A stretch of 64,000 bases of DNA from a bacterium (GTDB taxonomy: Bacteria > Oederibacteriota > JAAXVQ01 > JAUVAV01). Positions 46,143-55,995 of the stretch are shown here, one piece after another (position 1 is the first letter of the stretch; every line of letters begins with the position of its first letter). The translations under genes and the position numbers were made by a program. The notes below the pieces were generated by a model. That model did not search any database and had not been told where the DNA came from. It saw nothing but the letters and a program-made list of their open reading frames with translations. The stretch is taken from contig JAIORK010000050.1 of assembly GCA_021108215.1 (NCBI GenBank), positions 10,498-74,497 on the forward strand, written 5' to 3'.

Positions 46143-46180
46143 GAACCTGCCCGGCGAATGCCGGGTGCCGGGAAATTCGC
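46143..46180. repeat. partial copy of the REP-like family core (cccggcgaatgccgggtgccggg)
   Basis: It matches the core of the copies at 14704, 59611 and 61727; another fragment is at 20372-20398. Confidence 0.5.
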
Positions 46181-46187
46181 GGTTGAT

Positions 46188-47060
46188 CTATAAAAAACTC
46201 TTCTCAAGGAATTTGATGCGTTCCATAACGTCATTGATTATCCAATCGGGTGTTGACGTCCCTGCCGTCACACCGACGTGATTCATCTTTTCCAGCCAGC
46301 TACCCTGAATCTCATCCGCTGTTTCAATATGATAAGTCTGCACACCTGCTGTGCGGCTTATCTCCGCCAAACGCGAGGTGTTGGCGCTGTTACGACCACC
46401 CACCACCAGCATTATATCCACCTCTTTGGCAAGCATCTGTGTTTCAGCCTGTAAATCAGTGGTGGCATTACAAATCGTATTCATCACTTTGAGCGTTGTC
46501 GTGCGCGTCAGTAAAGCACTGGTCACTGCCTGAAGATTCTCAAGACTCTGGGTTGTCTGCGCAATCAGTCCATACTTGCTTTTCCGCGGCAACGCAACAA
46601 CTTCTTCTGCACTGCTGATCACCAAAGCAGCACCTTTCACCGCTCCTAAGATGCCTTCCACTTCGGGATGGGCTGCATCACCTAAAATCAGAAGATCATA
46701 GCCTTGTTCCACCAGCTCCTTGGCCAGTTTATGCGCCCGCTGCACAAATGTACAGGTTGCATCTACAATAGACAGTCCTCGGGCGGCCGCTTCTTCCAAT
46801 ACATCGGGTGATACGCCATGAGAACGAATGATTATAACACCCTTTGATATCTCGCTCAAGTTTTTAACAGCAAAAACACCTTCCTTTTCAAGCTTTTCAA
46901 CCACTTGCGGGTTATGAATAATCGGTCCCAATGTATGAATGGCATCATGTCCCGATTCGGCAGTCTCAAAGGCTTTTTTCATCGCAGCCTTAACTCCAAA
47001 ACAGTGACCTGCATGTTTGGCAAGTGTGATTTTCACAAGCCTACCTCTTTTTCTTTTCAA
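46188..47060 (-). CDS. ispH: 4-hydroxy-3-methylbut-2-enyl diphosphate reductase
   Basis: GHCFGVKAAMKKAFE and the conserved Cys/His ligands. 290 aa. Confidence 0.9.
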   Translation of the reverse strand: MKRKRGRLVKITLAKHAGHCFGVKAAMKKAFETAESGHDAIHTLGPIIHNPQVVEKLEKEGVFAVKNLSEISKGVIIIRSHGVSPDVLEEAAARGLSIVDATCTFVQRAHKLAKELVEQGYDLLILGDAAHPEVEGILGAVKGAALVISSAEEVVALPRKSKYGLIAQTTQSLENLQAVTSALLTRTTTLKVMNTICNATTDLQAETQMLAKEVDIMLVVGGRNSANTSRLAEISRTAGVQTYHIETADEIQGSWLEKMNHVGVTAGTSTPDWIINDVMERIKFLEKSFL

Positions 47061-47688
47061 CCAAGGTGATCTCGGTTTCCTTTTTCAAACCGGAAATGGC
47101 GTCCATCACACGGTCCGATATTTGTCGAAGCGTACGTTTCTCGCCTGATTGCAGAAAAAGATCCTCCAACTGAACCTGACTGCCAAAACGAACCGACACC
47201 TTGCCCGGCTTCCACTTACCGCCTTTGGGCCAGGCTTGAAAAGTTCCTCTAACATAAACCGGATAAACCGGCACCTGACACATGTGTACTAAAAGTCCGA
47301 CACCGGTTTTTCCCCGCTGTAATTCTCCGTCTTTGGTCCGTGTCCCTTCAGGAAAAACCAGCAATGCTTCGCCCTGCTCTACCAGATTAACAAACGCATC
47401 CCAGTTTTGCTCGCGGCCTTTGCCGCGAATAATAGGATGGGAATTGACCGCTTCAATAACTTTCCCAAACCAGGCCGGCTTAAACAACGTGGAACGTGCC
47501 ATAAAATGAAGGTTGCGTTTTTTCACTGCCACGCCGACTGTCGGCGGGTCCATATGGCTGGCATGATTACACGCCAGAATAATCCCGCCTTTTTTGGGCA
47601 CCCGATCACGCCCGTAAACCTTAATGCCGTGAAACAGGTGGAGTAACAGCGAAGACATTGTACGCCCAAACCAATAAAGAAAATTCAT
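47041..47688 (-). CDS. plsC: 1-acyl-sn-glycerol-3-phosphate acyltransferase
   Basis: NHASHMDPP (HxxxxD) and FPEGTRT motifs. Confidence 0.85.
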   Translation of the reverse strand: MNFLYWFGRTMSSLLLHLFHGIKVYGRDRVPKKGGIILACNHASHMDPPTVGVAVKKRNLHFMARSTLFKPAWFGKVIEAVNSHPIIRGKGREQNWDAFVNLVEQGEALLVFPEGTRTKDGELQRGKTGVGLLVHMCQVPVYPVYVRGTFQAWPKGGKWKPGKVSVRFGSQVQLEDLFLQSGEKRTLRQISDRVMDAISGLKKETEITLVEKKKR

Positions 47689-48377
47689 AATACTTTTTTC
47701 TCATTCTTTCTGACCGCTTGAATAATCGAATCAATCACCTGATCAATTGTCAAACCAGTCGAATTAATGACCACGGCGTCTTTGACACACTGCAAGGCGC
47801 CGCCGGGCCGGTTTAAATCCTCTTGGTCCCGTTTTTTCAGATCAGCCAGTAATTCTTCAAAGGGCTGTTCTTTTCCTTTGTGCTTCAATTCCTCAAACCG
47901 GCGACGGGCGCGCTCGGTCTGGTCCGCATCCAGATAAATCCTCATCTCTGCATCCGGAAAAACCACGGTGGTAATATCCCGGCCTTCCATCACCACACCA
48001 CCATCCTGCCCCATCTGTTGCTGTTGGGCAACCATCACCCGGCGCACCCCGGCATAATTGGCCACATACGCAGAAACACTCCGCGTCACATCGGGTGTCC
48101 GAATCGCTTCTGAGACATCCCGGCCATCCATTAGAATCGTTCCAATCTTACCGGGGATAAATTGCAGTGAAATCATTTCCGCAATCTGTTCCACTGCCTT
48201 TTGATCGGCAAGCTCGATTCCGCTTTCCATGGACTTCAAGGTAACCGCACGGTACATCGCGCCGGTATCAATATAAAGATAATTCAGCTTCTGTGCCACA
48301 GCTTTGGCCACAGTGCTTTTCCCGGCACCGGCCGGGCCGTCAATCGCTATAATCGGTTTGCTGCGCAGTTTCATACA
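47685..48377 (-). CDS. cmk: cytidylate kinase
   Basis: IAIDGPAGAGKSTVAKAVAQKL; start assigned to MKLRSKPI. Confidence 0.9.
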   Translation of the reverse strand, partial: CMKLRSKPIIAIDGPAGAGKSTVAKAVAQKLNYLYIDTGAMYRAVTLKSMESGIELADQKAVEQIAEMISLQFIPGKIGTILMDGRDVSEAIRTPDVTRSVSAYVANYAGVRRVMVAQQQQMGQDGGVVMEGRDITTVVFPDAEMRIYLDADQTERARRRFEELKHKGKEQPFEELLADLKKRDQEDLNRPGGALQCVKDAVVINSTGLTIDQVIDSIIQAVRKNEKKVL

Positions 48378-49681
48378 CATGCCCCCGCCAACAACTCCCA
48401 GAATCCAGGAAAGGATGTCTTGACACAATCGGAATTTTCAATGGTCACGCCTTTTTCCGAGACCAGCCCGGCAATGGCCAGACTCATAGCCAAGCGATGG
48501 TCGCCATGCGAATCAGCCTTCCCGCCCAAAAGCGGTTTGCCGCCGGTCCCGTGAATAATCATACCATCCTCAAGTTCCTCAATCGCGACCCCGATTTTTT
48601 TCATTTCTTCAACCAACACATGAATCCGATCGGTCTCTTTCACCCGCAACTCTTCTGCATTGCGGACCTCCGTATCCCCCTGGGCCATCGCCGCTGCCAC
48701 CGTCAAAATCGGGACTTCATCAATAAAAGTGGCCAATGTCCCCACTGTTTCAATACGCTGACCGACCAGAAGCTGCCGGTTGCGGATGATGATATCACCC
48801 ATGGCTTCCCCGCCTGAAATCCGCTCATTTTCTATCTCGATTTCCGCACCCATTTGTTCCAGCACACTGAGTACCCCGGTCCGGGTAGGATTGATACCGA
48901 CTGAAGGAATTACCAGTTCAGACCCGGTAATCAATAGCGCCGCAATCATAAAAAACGCTGCCGAAGAAATATCCACCGGCACGTTGACCGGTTGTCCCGT
49001 CAATTTTTGCCCGTCTCTCAAGCTGACCATTTCGGACTGTTCTCCCAGTACGGACCGCGTGAGCTGCACACCAAATCCTTTGAGCATGCGCTCGGAATGG
49101 TCCCGCGAGACCGAGGGTGAGGTTACCGACGTTTCTCCCGCAGCGAACAACCCCGCCAGCAAGATACAAGACTTCACCTGCGCACTTGCAACCGGAGATT
49201 GATATTCAATTCCTTTTAAATTCCCACCTTTAATTTTTAAAGGACATTTCCCGCCGGGTTGACTCTCAATGCCGGCACCCATCATTTCCAGGGGTTTGAT
49301 AATACGATTCATGGGACGACGCTGAATCTGTTCATCACCGGTAATCTCGGATTCAAAATCCTGACCTGCCAAAACACCGGAAAGCAAACGGACACCTGTC
49401 CCGGAATTGCCGCAATCGATTACTTGCGCGGGTTTCTGAAGCCCGTGTAATCCCACACCAGTGATATGCAATACATCATCTTCCCAAACTACCTTGGCGC
49501 CAAGTGATTCACAAGCATGCAGCGTATTCATGCAATCGTCGGCTTGTAAAAAACCGGTTACCACGGTCTCGCCTTCAGCCAAAAGACCTAAAATGGCGGC
49601 ACGATGCGAGATGGATTTATCGCCTGGAATGTGAAGGGTTCCTTTAAACGTCGAGACCGGCTGGATATTTTTTTCAGACAC
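48371..49681 (-). CDS. aroA: 3-phosphoshikimate 1-carboxyvinyltransferase (EPSP synthase)
   Basis: 436 aa with LHIPGDKSISHRA and the EPSP synthase fold motifs. Confidence 0.9.
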   Translation of the reverse strand: MSEKNIQPVSTFKGTLHIPGDKSISHRAAILGLLAEGETVVTGFLQADDCMNTLHACESLGAKVVWEDDVLHITGVGLHGLQKPAQVIDCGNSGTGVRLLSGVLAGQDFESEITGDEQIQRRPMNRIIKPLEMMGAGIESQPGGKCPLKIKGGNLKGIEYQSPVASAQVKSCILLAGLFAAGETSVTSPSVSRDHSERMLKGFGVQLTRSVLGEQSEMVSLRDGQKLTGQPVNVPVDISSAAFFMIAALLITGSELVIPSVGINPTRTGVLSVLEQMGAEIEIENERISGGEAMGDIIIRNRQLLVGQRIETVGTLATFIDEVPILTVAAAMAQGDTEVRNAEELRVKETDRIHVLVEEMKKIGVAIEELEDGMIIHGTGGKPLLGGKADSHGDHRLAMSLAIAGLVSEKGVTIENSDCVKTSFPGFWELLAGACV

Positions 49682-49685
49682 TCGA

Positions 49686-50597
49686 TCATTTCTCCATTTT
49701 CATTCTAAAATGACTTGCCTGTTCCAATTCGCGCAGGAGCTGGACTTTTTGCTGTTTTTTCAGCATGGTTTGCATGCTGCGCATTTTTTTTATAAACTGT
49801 TCTATGGCCAAAGAAACCTGATCATGGTTGGTCATGAGGATATCCAGCCACATTTTCGGCAATCCTCCGGCAATACGGGTGGTATCGCAAAAACCGGTCG
49901 CAGCTGACTCCAAAATCCGCCGGTCTTTTCCGGCAAGTGTCTGTAATTGATTGACCAAGCCTACGGCCACCATATGCGGCAAGTGGGACACCATGGCGAC
50001 AAAAGCATCGTGCTCACGAGGTTTGATCACCATAATCCGCGAGCATCCGGCCGTGCGCCAAATGTGTTTCAACCGTCTCAGTGCCGGAGCATGCTTGGTT
50101 GACACCGGCATGAGCATGCACAAAGAACCTTTGTACAAATCCTTATCCGCCGCCGCGACACCTGATTTTTCCGACCCTGCCATGGGATGGGACCCAATAA
50201 ACACCGGGCGCTTGACCGATGTTTTATTTTTAAAATAGGAATCCAGGGTATGATTTATTTGCCGCAACAACCCCGTCTTGGTGCTGCCAACGTCCGTCAC
50301 CAGACATCCGGGTTCCAGATACGGAAGCATGCTGCGCAGCAATGATGCCGTCGAACTGACCGGACCTGCCAGGACAACAACATCCGCGCCTGCCACTGCT
50401 TTGGAAATCAAGAGCGTCCCTTCGTCAATGCAGCCCATTTTCTTTGCCTGACGCAATGTCTGTTGACGACGGGCCAATCCGACAATGGTCCGGGCAATCC
50501 CGGACCGCTTAACTGCCCTTCCGAGCGAGCCGCCCATAAGCCCAACACCGGCAATCACCATTTTATTAAACTGCGGTTTTTGCTTCATTCTATCCAT
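49686..50597 (-). CDS. tyrA: prephenate dehydrogenase
   Basis: A Rossmann GxGxxG motif (VIAGVGLMGGSLG) and a TyrA-family C-terminal domain. Confidence 0.85.
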   Translation of the reverse strand: MDRMKQKPQFNKMVIAGVGLMGGSLGRAVKRSGIARTIVGLARRQQTLRQAKKMGCIDEGTLLISKAVAGADVVVLAGPVSSTASLLRSMLPYLEPGCLVTDVGSTKTGLLRQINHTLDSYFKNKTSVKRPVFIGSHPMAGSEKSGVAAADKDLYKGSLCMLMPVSTKHAPALRRLKHIWRTAGCSRIMVIKPREHDAFVAMVSHLPHMVAVGLVNQLQTLAGKDRRILESAATGFCDTTRIAGGLPKMWLDILMTNHDQVSLAIEQFIKKMRSMQTMLKKQQKVQLLRELEQASHFRMKMEK

Positions 50598-50614
50598 CCT
50601 TTATTTTAGCTGGT

Positions 50615-51628
50615 TTACCAGCTTACCTTACACAGGGGTGCCAGCTCTTTGATCGATTTCACCACTGCATCAAAGTCTTCCGGCAGTAACGATTGATCGC
50701 CGTCCGAAAGCGCATCCTCCGGATGCGGGTGCACCTCAATGGTCAGCCCATCCGCACCGGCAACCATCCCTGCCCGGGCCATCACACCGATCAAGCTGCG
50801 GCGGCCGGTTGCGTGAGAAGGATCCACCACCACCGGAAGATGGGACAATTCCTTGGCTGCTGCGACAGCTGCCAAATCAAGCGTATTGCGCGTGTAGGTC
50901 TCAAATGTCCGGATACCCCGCTCACACAGCACAACATCATAATTCCCGCGTGACAGAATATATTCCGCCGACATAAGCCATTCTTTAATCGTGGCGGAGA
51001 GTCCGCGCTTGAGCAGGACCGGTTTTTTTATGTCCCCCACTGCTTTGAGCAGATCAAAGTTCTGCATATTCCGTGCACCAATCTGGAGCATATCCGCATA
51101 CTGGGCGATCAGCTCAACGTGATTGACATTCATGACCTCGGTCACAACTGGCAAGCCGGTTTCCACACGCGCTTTGGCCAGGAGTTTCAATCCTTCCTCT
51201 CCCATCCCCTGAAAGGCATAGGGACTGGTACGTGGTTTAAATGCTCCTCCGCGCAGGATATTCGCTCCGGAAGCTTTCACTTTTTGTGCCGCCTCAATGA
51301 GGGTCTCCCAATTTTCTACAGAGCAGGGCCCGGCAATCAACCCAAAATGCCCGCCTCCAATCTTAACCGAACCCACTTGAACCACGGTAGCTTCCTGTTT
51401 GAATTCACGCGAGACCAGTTTAAAGGGTTGCAAAATTTGCACTGATTGCTCGACGCCGGGAAAGGCTTCCAACGGCACTGCCTGCAAAACCCGCTCATCT
51501 CCAATCGCACCTACAATGGTTCGCTCGGTACCCTTGGAAACATGTGCCGCGAGTCCCTTTGCTTTGAGTTTTTCGACCAGATGTTCAATCTGTGCATCGG
51601 TTGCATCTTTACGCATTACAATAACCAT
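50615..51628 (-). CDS. aroF: 3-deoxy-7-phosphoheptulonate (DAHP) synthase, class I-beta with N-terminal regulatory domain
   Basis: An ACT/FL-like N-terminal domain followed by the DAHPS/KDOPS (beta/alpha)8 core ([20 protein letters not shown]). Confidence 0.85.
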   Translation of the reverse strand: MVIVMRKDATDAQIEHLVEKLKAKGLAAHVSKGTERTIVGAIGDERVLQAVPLEAFPGVEQSVQILQPFKLVSREFKQEATVVQVGSVKIGGGHFGLIAGPCSVENWETLIEAAQKVKASGANILRGGAFKPRTSPYAFQGMGEEGLKLLAKARVETGLPVVTEVMNVNHVELIAQYADMLQIGARNMQNFDLLKAVGDIKKPVLLKRGLSATIKEWLMSAEYILSRGNYDVVLCERGIRTFETYTRNTLDLAAVAAAKELSHLPVVVDPSHATGRRSLIGVMARAGMVAGADGLTIEVHPHPEDALSDGDQSLLPEDFDAVVKSIKELAPLCKVSW

Positions 51629-51732
51629 AATTCATCCTCCGTATATTTAAAACAAGCGTTGTTGTTTAGTGTCATCTCCGCATGTTGTAAGCGGGCATAA
51701 CACTACTTATGTGCTTTACCAAGCCACTGCAA

Positions 51733-52821
51733 TCATCCCACACTCTTTTTTAATGCCCTTAACATTTTATTATTCTCCGCCACTTTCCCCAGCGTGATGC
51801 GGGCATACCCTTCCGGAAAAGGCCGGACAATAATACCGCGCTGCATAAGCGTATCCACCAAATCCTTGCTGTCTGTTGGATTCAACTTCGTAAATAAAAA
51901 ATTGGTCTGACCGGCAACAACCTTGAACCCCATTTGACGGAGCTCTTTGGCAACCCGCTTCCGTTCACTTTTGGCCAAAGCAACACATTTTTTCATATAG
52001 GCCTGATCTCCCAAAGCTGCAATCGCCGCAACTTGGGCCAGACTATTGACATTGAACGGATCACGAACGCGTTCAATTGTTTGCGTCACCTCAGGTGCCG
52101 CCACGCCATAACCAATACGCAACCCGGCCAATCCATAGGCCTTGGAAAACGTCCGCAAGACCACCAGGTTTTTTCGTTCCCGGACCCAGTCGATTGTATT
52201 GACTGCCCACTGCGGGTCAACATATTCAAAATAAGCTTCATCCAACACAATCAAACAACTGCCGGGAATACGATTGATAAAATTCCTCAGCACTTTTGCA
52301 TCCACCAGGGTTCCGGTTGGATTATTGGGATTGGCAATAAAAATCATTTTGGTTTTCGGAGTAAACTTTTTTGCCATGGCTTCCAAATCATAAGCAAAAT
52401 CCCGCATCGGCACCGCGATAAATTCCGCCCCCATGATTTGCGCTACCGTTTTGTATACCACAAAACTCATTTGGGACGTTAACACTTCATCCCCCGGATT
52501 TAAATAAGCCAGACCAAGCAGTACCAACAATTCATTCGAACCGTTGCCAATCATCAGAGTATCCGGCCGGCATTTGAGTTGTTTGGCCAACGCCTGACGT
52601 AAATAGAAACAGGCGCCATCCGGATAAAGCTGCATTTTATCGACCGCATTTTTCACGGCATTTTTCACGCGCACTGACGGCCCCAGGGTATTTTCATTGC
52701 TCGCCAATTTGATGACCGCTGTAATTCCCAGCTCGCGTTCCACCTCTTCAATCGGTTTTCCCGGTTGATATGGCTGCATGCCTTCAATCTGCGTACGGGA
52801 CGTGAGCCGGTTGATCCCCAT
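51733..52821 (-). CDS. hisC: histidinol-phosphate / aromatic aminotransferase
   Basis: LASNENTLGP, NPNNPTG and the PLP-lysine region FSKAYGLAGLRIGY. Start assigned to MGINRL, overlapping the pheA stop. Confidence 0.85.
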   Translation of the reverse strand: MGINRLTSRTQIEGMQPYQPGKPIEEVERELGITAVIKLASNENTLGPSVRVKNAVKNAVDKMQLYPDGACFYLRQALAKQLKCRPDTLMIGNGSNELLVLLGLAYLNPGDEVLTSQMSFVVYKTVAQIMGAEFIAVPMRDFAYDLEAMAKKFTPKTKMIFIANPNNPTGTLVDAKVLRNFINRIPGSCLIVLDEAYFEYVDPQWAVNTIDWVRERKNLVVLRTFSKAYGLAGLRIGYGVAAPEVTQTIERVRDPFNVNSLAQVAAIAALGDQAYMKKCVALAKSERKRVAKELRQMGFKVVAGQTNFLFTKLNPTDSKDLVDTLMQRGIIVRPFPEGYARITLGKVAENNKMLRALKKSVG

Positions 52822-53891
52822 CAATCCGCACTCCTGGGATAGGATCCCAAAACGCGTAATTCCGATGTAAGCGGTTTTAGGGCTGCCAGCGTTTTTTTCA
52901 TGGGTGCATCGCTGACATGTCCCTGGCAATCAATAAAAAAAAGATAACTCCAAACACCGGTCCGGGCAGGACGCGATTCGATATTGGTTAAATTAATTTT
53001 ATTGTGTGCAAAGGGCCTCAAGATACGATGCAATGCACCGACACTGTCTTTGATCGCCAACATAAGCGAAGTTTTATCTTTGCGCGTCGCACCTGTAATC
53101 TGGCGGCCCAGCACCAAAAAACGGGTCTGGTTTTCCGGATTGTCCTCAATACTTTTTTCCAATATCCGCAAATTATAGAGGTTTGCCGCCAATTTCGAGG
53201 CAATGGCAGCCGAGGCCTTGGTCTTGACCGCCATCTGAGCAGCCTTGGCATTGGAAGAGACTTCCACAATTTCAACCTCCGGCATATTACCGTCCAACCA
53301 TAGCCGGCATTGTCCCAATGTCTGAGGATGAATAAAGATTTTTTTAATTTCCGAGCGTACCGTCTCCATCGAAAGCAGGTTGTGAACCACACGCAAGGAA
53401 ACTTCCGCGCATATCTTAACCGTGCTGTTGACAAACATATCCAGCGTATGATTAACAACACCCTCGGTGGAATTTTCAATTGGCGCCACACCATAGTCGG
53501 CCCGGCCGCGTTCCACCTCGCGAAAAACATCTGCAATACTTTTCACTGCCAAATAATCTGCAGAAGAACCGAATTGTTTTTTAGCTGCTTCATGAGTAAA
53601 CGTTCCGGCCGGACCAAAAAACGCAATTTTTTGGCTGCCCTGCAATGCAATGGATGCTGAAATAATTTCACGATAAATCGCCTGAATGGCCTGAGGCGGC
53701 AACGGACCATTTTTTGCCAATGCCTTTAATCGCTGCAAGAGCTGGCTTTCGCGATCAGGCGCAAAAACGGGTTTATTGGTCCGCCTTTTTTGATGGGATA
53801 TTTCCACTGCCAGTCCGGCACGGTCATTGAGTAATTTAACAATTTGTTGATCTATATGATCTATTCCACGCCGAACTTTTTCAAGTTTCAC
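52821..53891 (-). CDS. pheA: bifunctional chorismate mutase / prephenate dehydratase (P-protein)
   Basis: An N-terminal chorismate mutase helix bundle, the PDT domain (IAFFGPAGTFTHEAA), and a C-terminal ACT domain. Confidence 0.85.
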   Translation of the reverse strand: MKLEKVRRGIDHIDQQIVKLLNDRAGLAVEISHQKRRTNKPVFAPDRESQLLQRLKALAKNGPLPPQAIQAIYREIISASIALQGSQKIAFFGPAGTFTHEAAKKQFGSSADYLAVKSIADVFREVERGRADYGVAPIENSTEGVVNHTLDMFVNSTVKICAEVSLRVVHNLLSMETVRSEIKKIFIHPQTLGQCRLWLDGNMPEVEIVEVSSNAKAAQMAVKTKASAAIASKLAANLYNLRILEKSIEDNPENQTRFLVLGRQITGATRKDKTSLMLAIKDSVGALHRILRPFAHNKINLTNIESRPARTGVWSYLFFIDCQGHVSDAPMKKTLAALKPLTSELRVLGSYPRSAD

Positions 53892-53896
53892 TTGAC

Positions 53897-54976
53897 TTAG
53901 CCCCCCCTGATAGTAAGCATTGCTTCAACTTGCCGTATCCTATTTTGTAAGTGCTCGTGATCTTCGCGGCACAAAACCGGTTTGATTTCTTCGGCCATAA
54001 TAATTTCCCGAATAAGACAGCGTTTTTCATACAGAACGATAACGTGCATCATCCGGCTATACAGTGTCTCTTTGTTCCCTTCGCTCCAGGCGGTTTCATA
54101 AGCTTTTAAACCATTTTTCAATTCAGCCGCCTGCGGACGCTCCTGCAAAAGCAGCCATTCCACCAAAATCGTTACCATGGCCGTCAACCCGGTCAAATAG
54201 GCTAAGAGGCGTCCTTTAAGATCAAACCAAAAAAACTTACCCAACCAGCCGATAGGCGTCCCGTCATTATAAGCAAGCCGTTCAAAAAATATCCAACCTA
54301 AAAAGAAAATACCCAGGCTGATGACAATCCCCCGGGCCCAATAGCCGTTCAAATCGGGTCCAATAAGAAAACGGACAATGCCAATGATGGTTCCAAAAAG
54401 CAACCCCCAAACAGCCGGACTGGAACATGCCACCGCGAGCTGTGTATGGCCGATCATTCCCGGCAATTGGGGAAAAATCCCCAAGCTGATTCCTTGAAAG
54501 CTGCCCGCCCCGGGATGGATCACGCTAATTCCAATTTCCAGCCCCACACCCAAACCAAGTCCGAGAATGGAAAAATCCATGATACTCCCGGTGTAGCGCA
54601 AACGGCTTTTAGGCCACAAACAGAGCCCGACCAACAGGGATGTTATCAAGGCCGCTTCAAGCGTCGCGCTCAACGCTGATGCTAAAATCGAGTCCTTACC
54701 CAGAATTAAAATTAAAGGAACCTCAATCACCATGGCAGCGGGAATAAGGAAGATCATCCCGGTTCCCAACGCGACAACAATGGACGAGACGGTCACGGTC
54801 CGGTTCTCCGCACTCAGCATCGTCCAAAAAAACAACATGACCAGTGGTGCTAAAAGCCGGTCCCCCGGCGGAATAAATAAAACAAAAAAAAGAACCGCCC
54901 CACCTTGAATAAAAAAGCGGACCGCAGGAGACAATTTTCGGAATTTTTGATAGGGTGTTTCAATCCAGCCCGCCAT
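53897..54976 (-). CDS. polytopic membrane protein with cytoplasmic C-terminal domain (family not recognised)
   Basis: 359 aa with about 8 TM helices. Confidence 0.5.
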   Translation of the reverse strand: MAGWIETPYQKFRKLSPAVRFFIQGGAVLFFVLFIPPGDRLLAPLVMLFFWTMLSAENRTVTVSSIVVALGTGMIFLIPAAMVIEVPLILILGKDSILASALSATLEAALITSLLVGLCLWPKSRLRYTGSIMDFSILGLGLGVGLEIGISVIHPGAGSFQGISLGIFPQLPGMIGHTQLAVACSSPAVWGLLFGTIIGIVRFLIGPDLNGYWARGIVISLGIFFLGWIFFERLAYNDGTPIGWLGKFFWFDLKGRLLAYLTGLTAMVTILVEWLLLQERPQAAELKNGLKAYETAWSEGNKETLYSRMMHVIVLYEKRCLIREIIMAEEIKPVLCREDHEHLQNRIRQVEAMLTIRGG

Positions 54977-54978
54977 AC

Positions 54979-55146
54979 CTAGATCTCCGAGTCTGTTTCT
55001 GTTTTCTTTGACTGTTCTTCACAAACAATATCCTGCAATACTCGCTGGGAATGCTGCCAGCAGATGCCGATCGTCATGATAACCAAAACTAAAAACCAAA
55101 TAAAGTAGTCCCCTTTGGCCAGCGCCAATCCTGCGGAAAAATCCAT
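54979..55146 (-). CDS. possible 55-aa small membrane protein (not in the ORF track because it is under 60 aa)
   Basis: MDFSAGLALAKGDYFIWFLVLVIMTIGICWQHSQ...: a single TM helix, exactly filling the gap between rluB and the membrane protein gene. Confidence 0.3.
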   Translation of the reverse strand: MDFSAGLALAKGDYFIWFLVLVIMTIGICWQHSQRVLQDIVCEEQSKKTETDSEI

Positions 55147-55149
55147 AGT

Positions 55150-55995
55150 CTACCTCTTGCTACGTGTGTGTTTTTTTGTGCGACCGACCGGTCGCCCACT
55201 TGTCTTCCGAACCGGCCGGGACAAAGAACTGCTTTTCTCCGGCCTAAACTGACGAATCCTGCCAACCTCCGCATCTGATAAATAGCGCCATCGCCCGGCC
55301 AACAGCCCGGCAGAGGTTAAAAATCCAAATTTAATTCTTACGAGCCGGTCAACCGGATGCCCGATGGCCGCGCACATTTTCTTCACCTGATGCTGCCGGC
55401 CCTCGCGCAGCACTAATTCCACCACCGCATTCTTGCCTACCTTCCTGACCAGCCGTGCTTTGGCAGGCAGGGTTTTCTCATAACGACCCGACCAGGCCGG
55501 GATACGCACACCGGCGGCAAGCCTTTGAATTGCAGTTGGGGTGGGAACACCTTTTACGGTCGCATGATATGTTTTGGAAAATCCATAGCGGGGATGCATA
55601 AGCTTTTGCGCCAGATCCCCGTCATTGGTCAACATGAGAGCACCTGATGTATTAAAATCCAGTCTCCCGACCGGATAAACCCGGTACTTAACACCTTTGA
55701 GCAAGTCCACCACCGTGGTCCGCTTTTCCGGATCTTCCACCGTCGAAATAACACCTTCAGGTTTATTCATCAAAATATAAACCAGACGCTGCGGGAAAAT
55801 GCGCTTGCCGGAAACTTTTACGGCATCTTTTTCAACGTTAATTCTGACAAAAGAATCCTTAACTGTTTCTCCATTGACCGTTACCCGGCCTGCTGATATC
55901 ACTTCGTCCGCATCACGTCTGGAACACACGCCGGCATCTGCTAAAAACCGGTTAATGCGCACCTGAGCATCGGACGTCTCATGGGTTTCCATCAT
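55150..55995 (-). CDS. rluB: rRNA pseudouridine synthase, RsuA/RluB family
   Basis: An S4 domain, the catalytic motif VGRLDFNTSGALMLTNDG, and a basic C-terminal tail. Confidence 0.85.
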   Translation of the reverse strand: MMETHETSDAQVRINRFLADAGVCSRRDADEVISAGRVTVNGETVKDSFVRINVEKDAVKVSGKRIFPQRLVYILMNKPEGVISTVEDPEKRTTVVDLLKGVKYRVYPVGRLDFNTSGALMLTNDGDLAQKLMHPRYGFSKTYHATVKGVPTPTAIQRLAAGVRIPAWSGRYEKTLPAKARLVRKVGKNAVVELVLREGRQHQVKKMCAAIGHPVDRLVRIKFGFLTSAGLLAGRWRYLSDAEVGRIRQFRPEKSSSLSRPVRKTSGRPVGRTKKHTRSKR

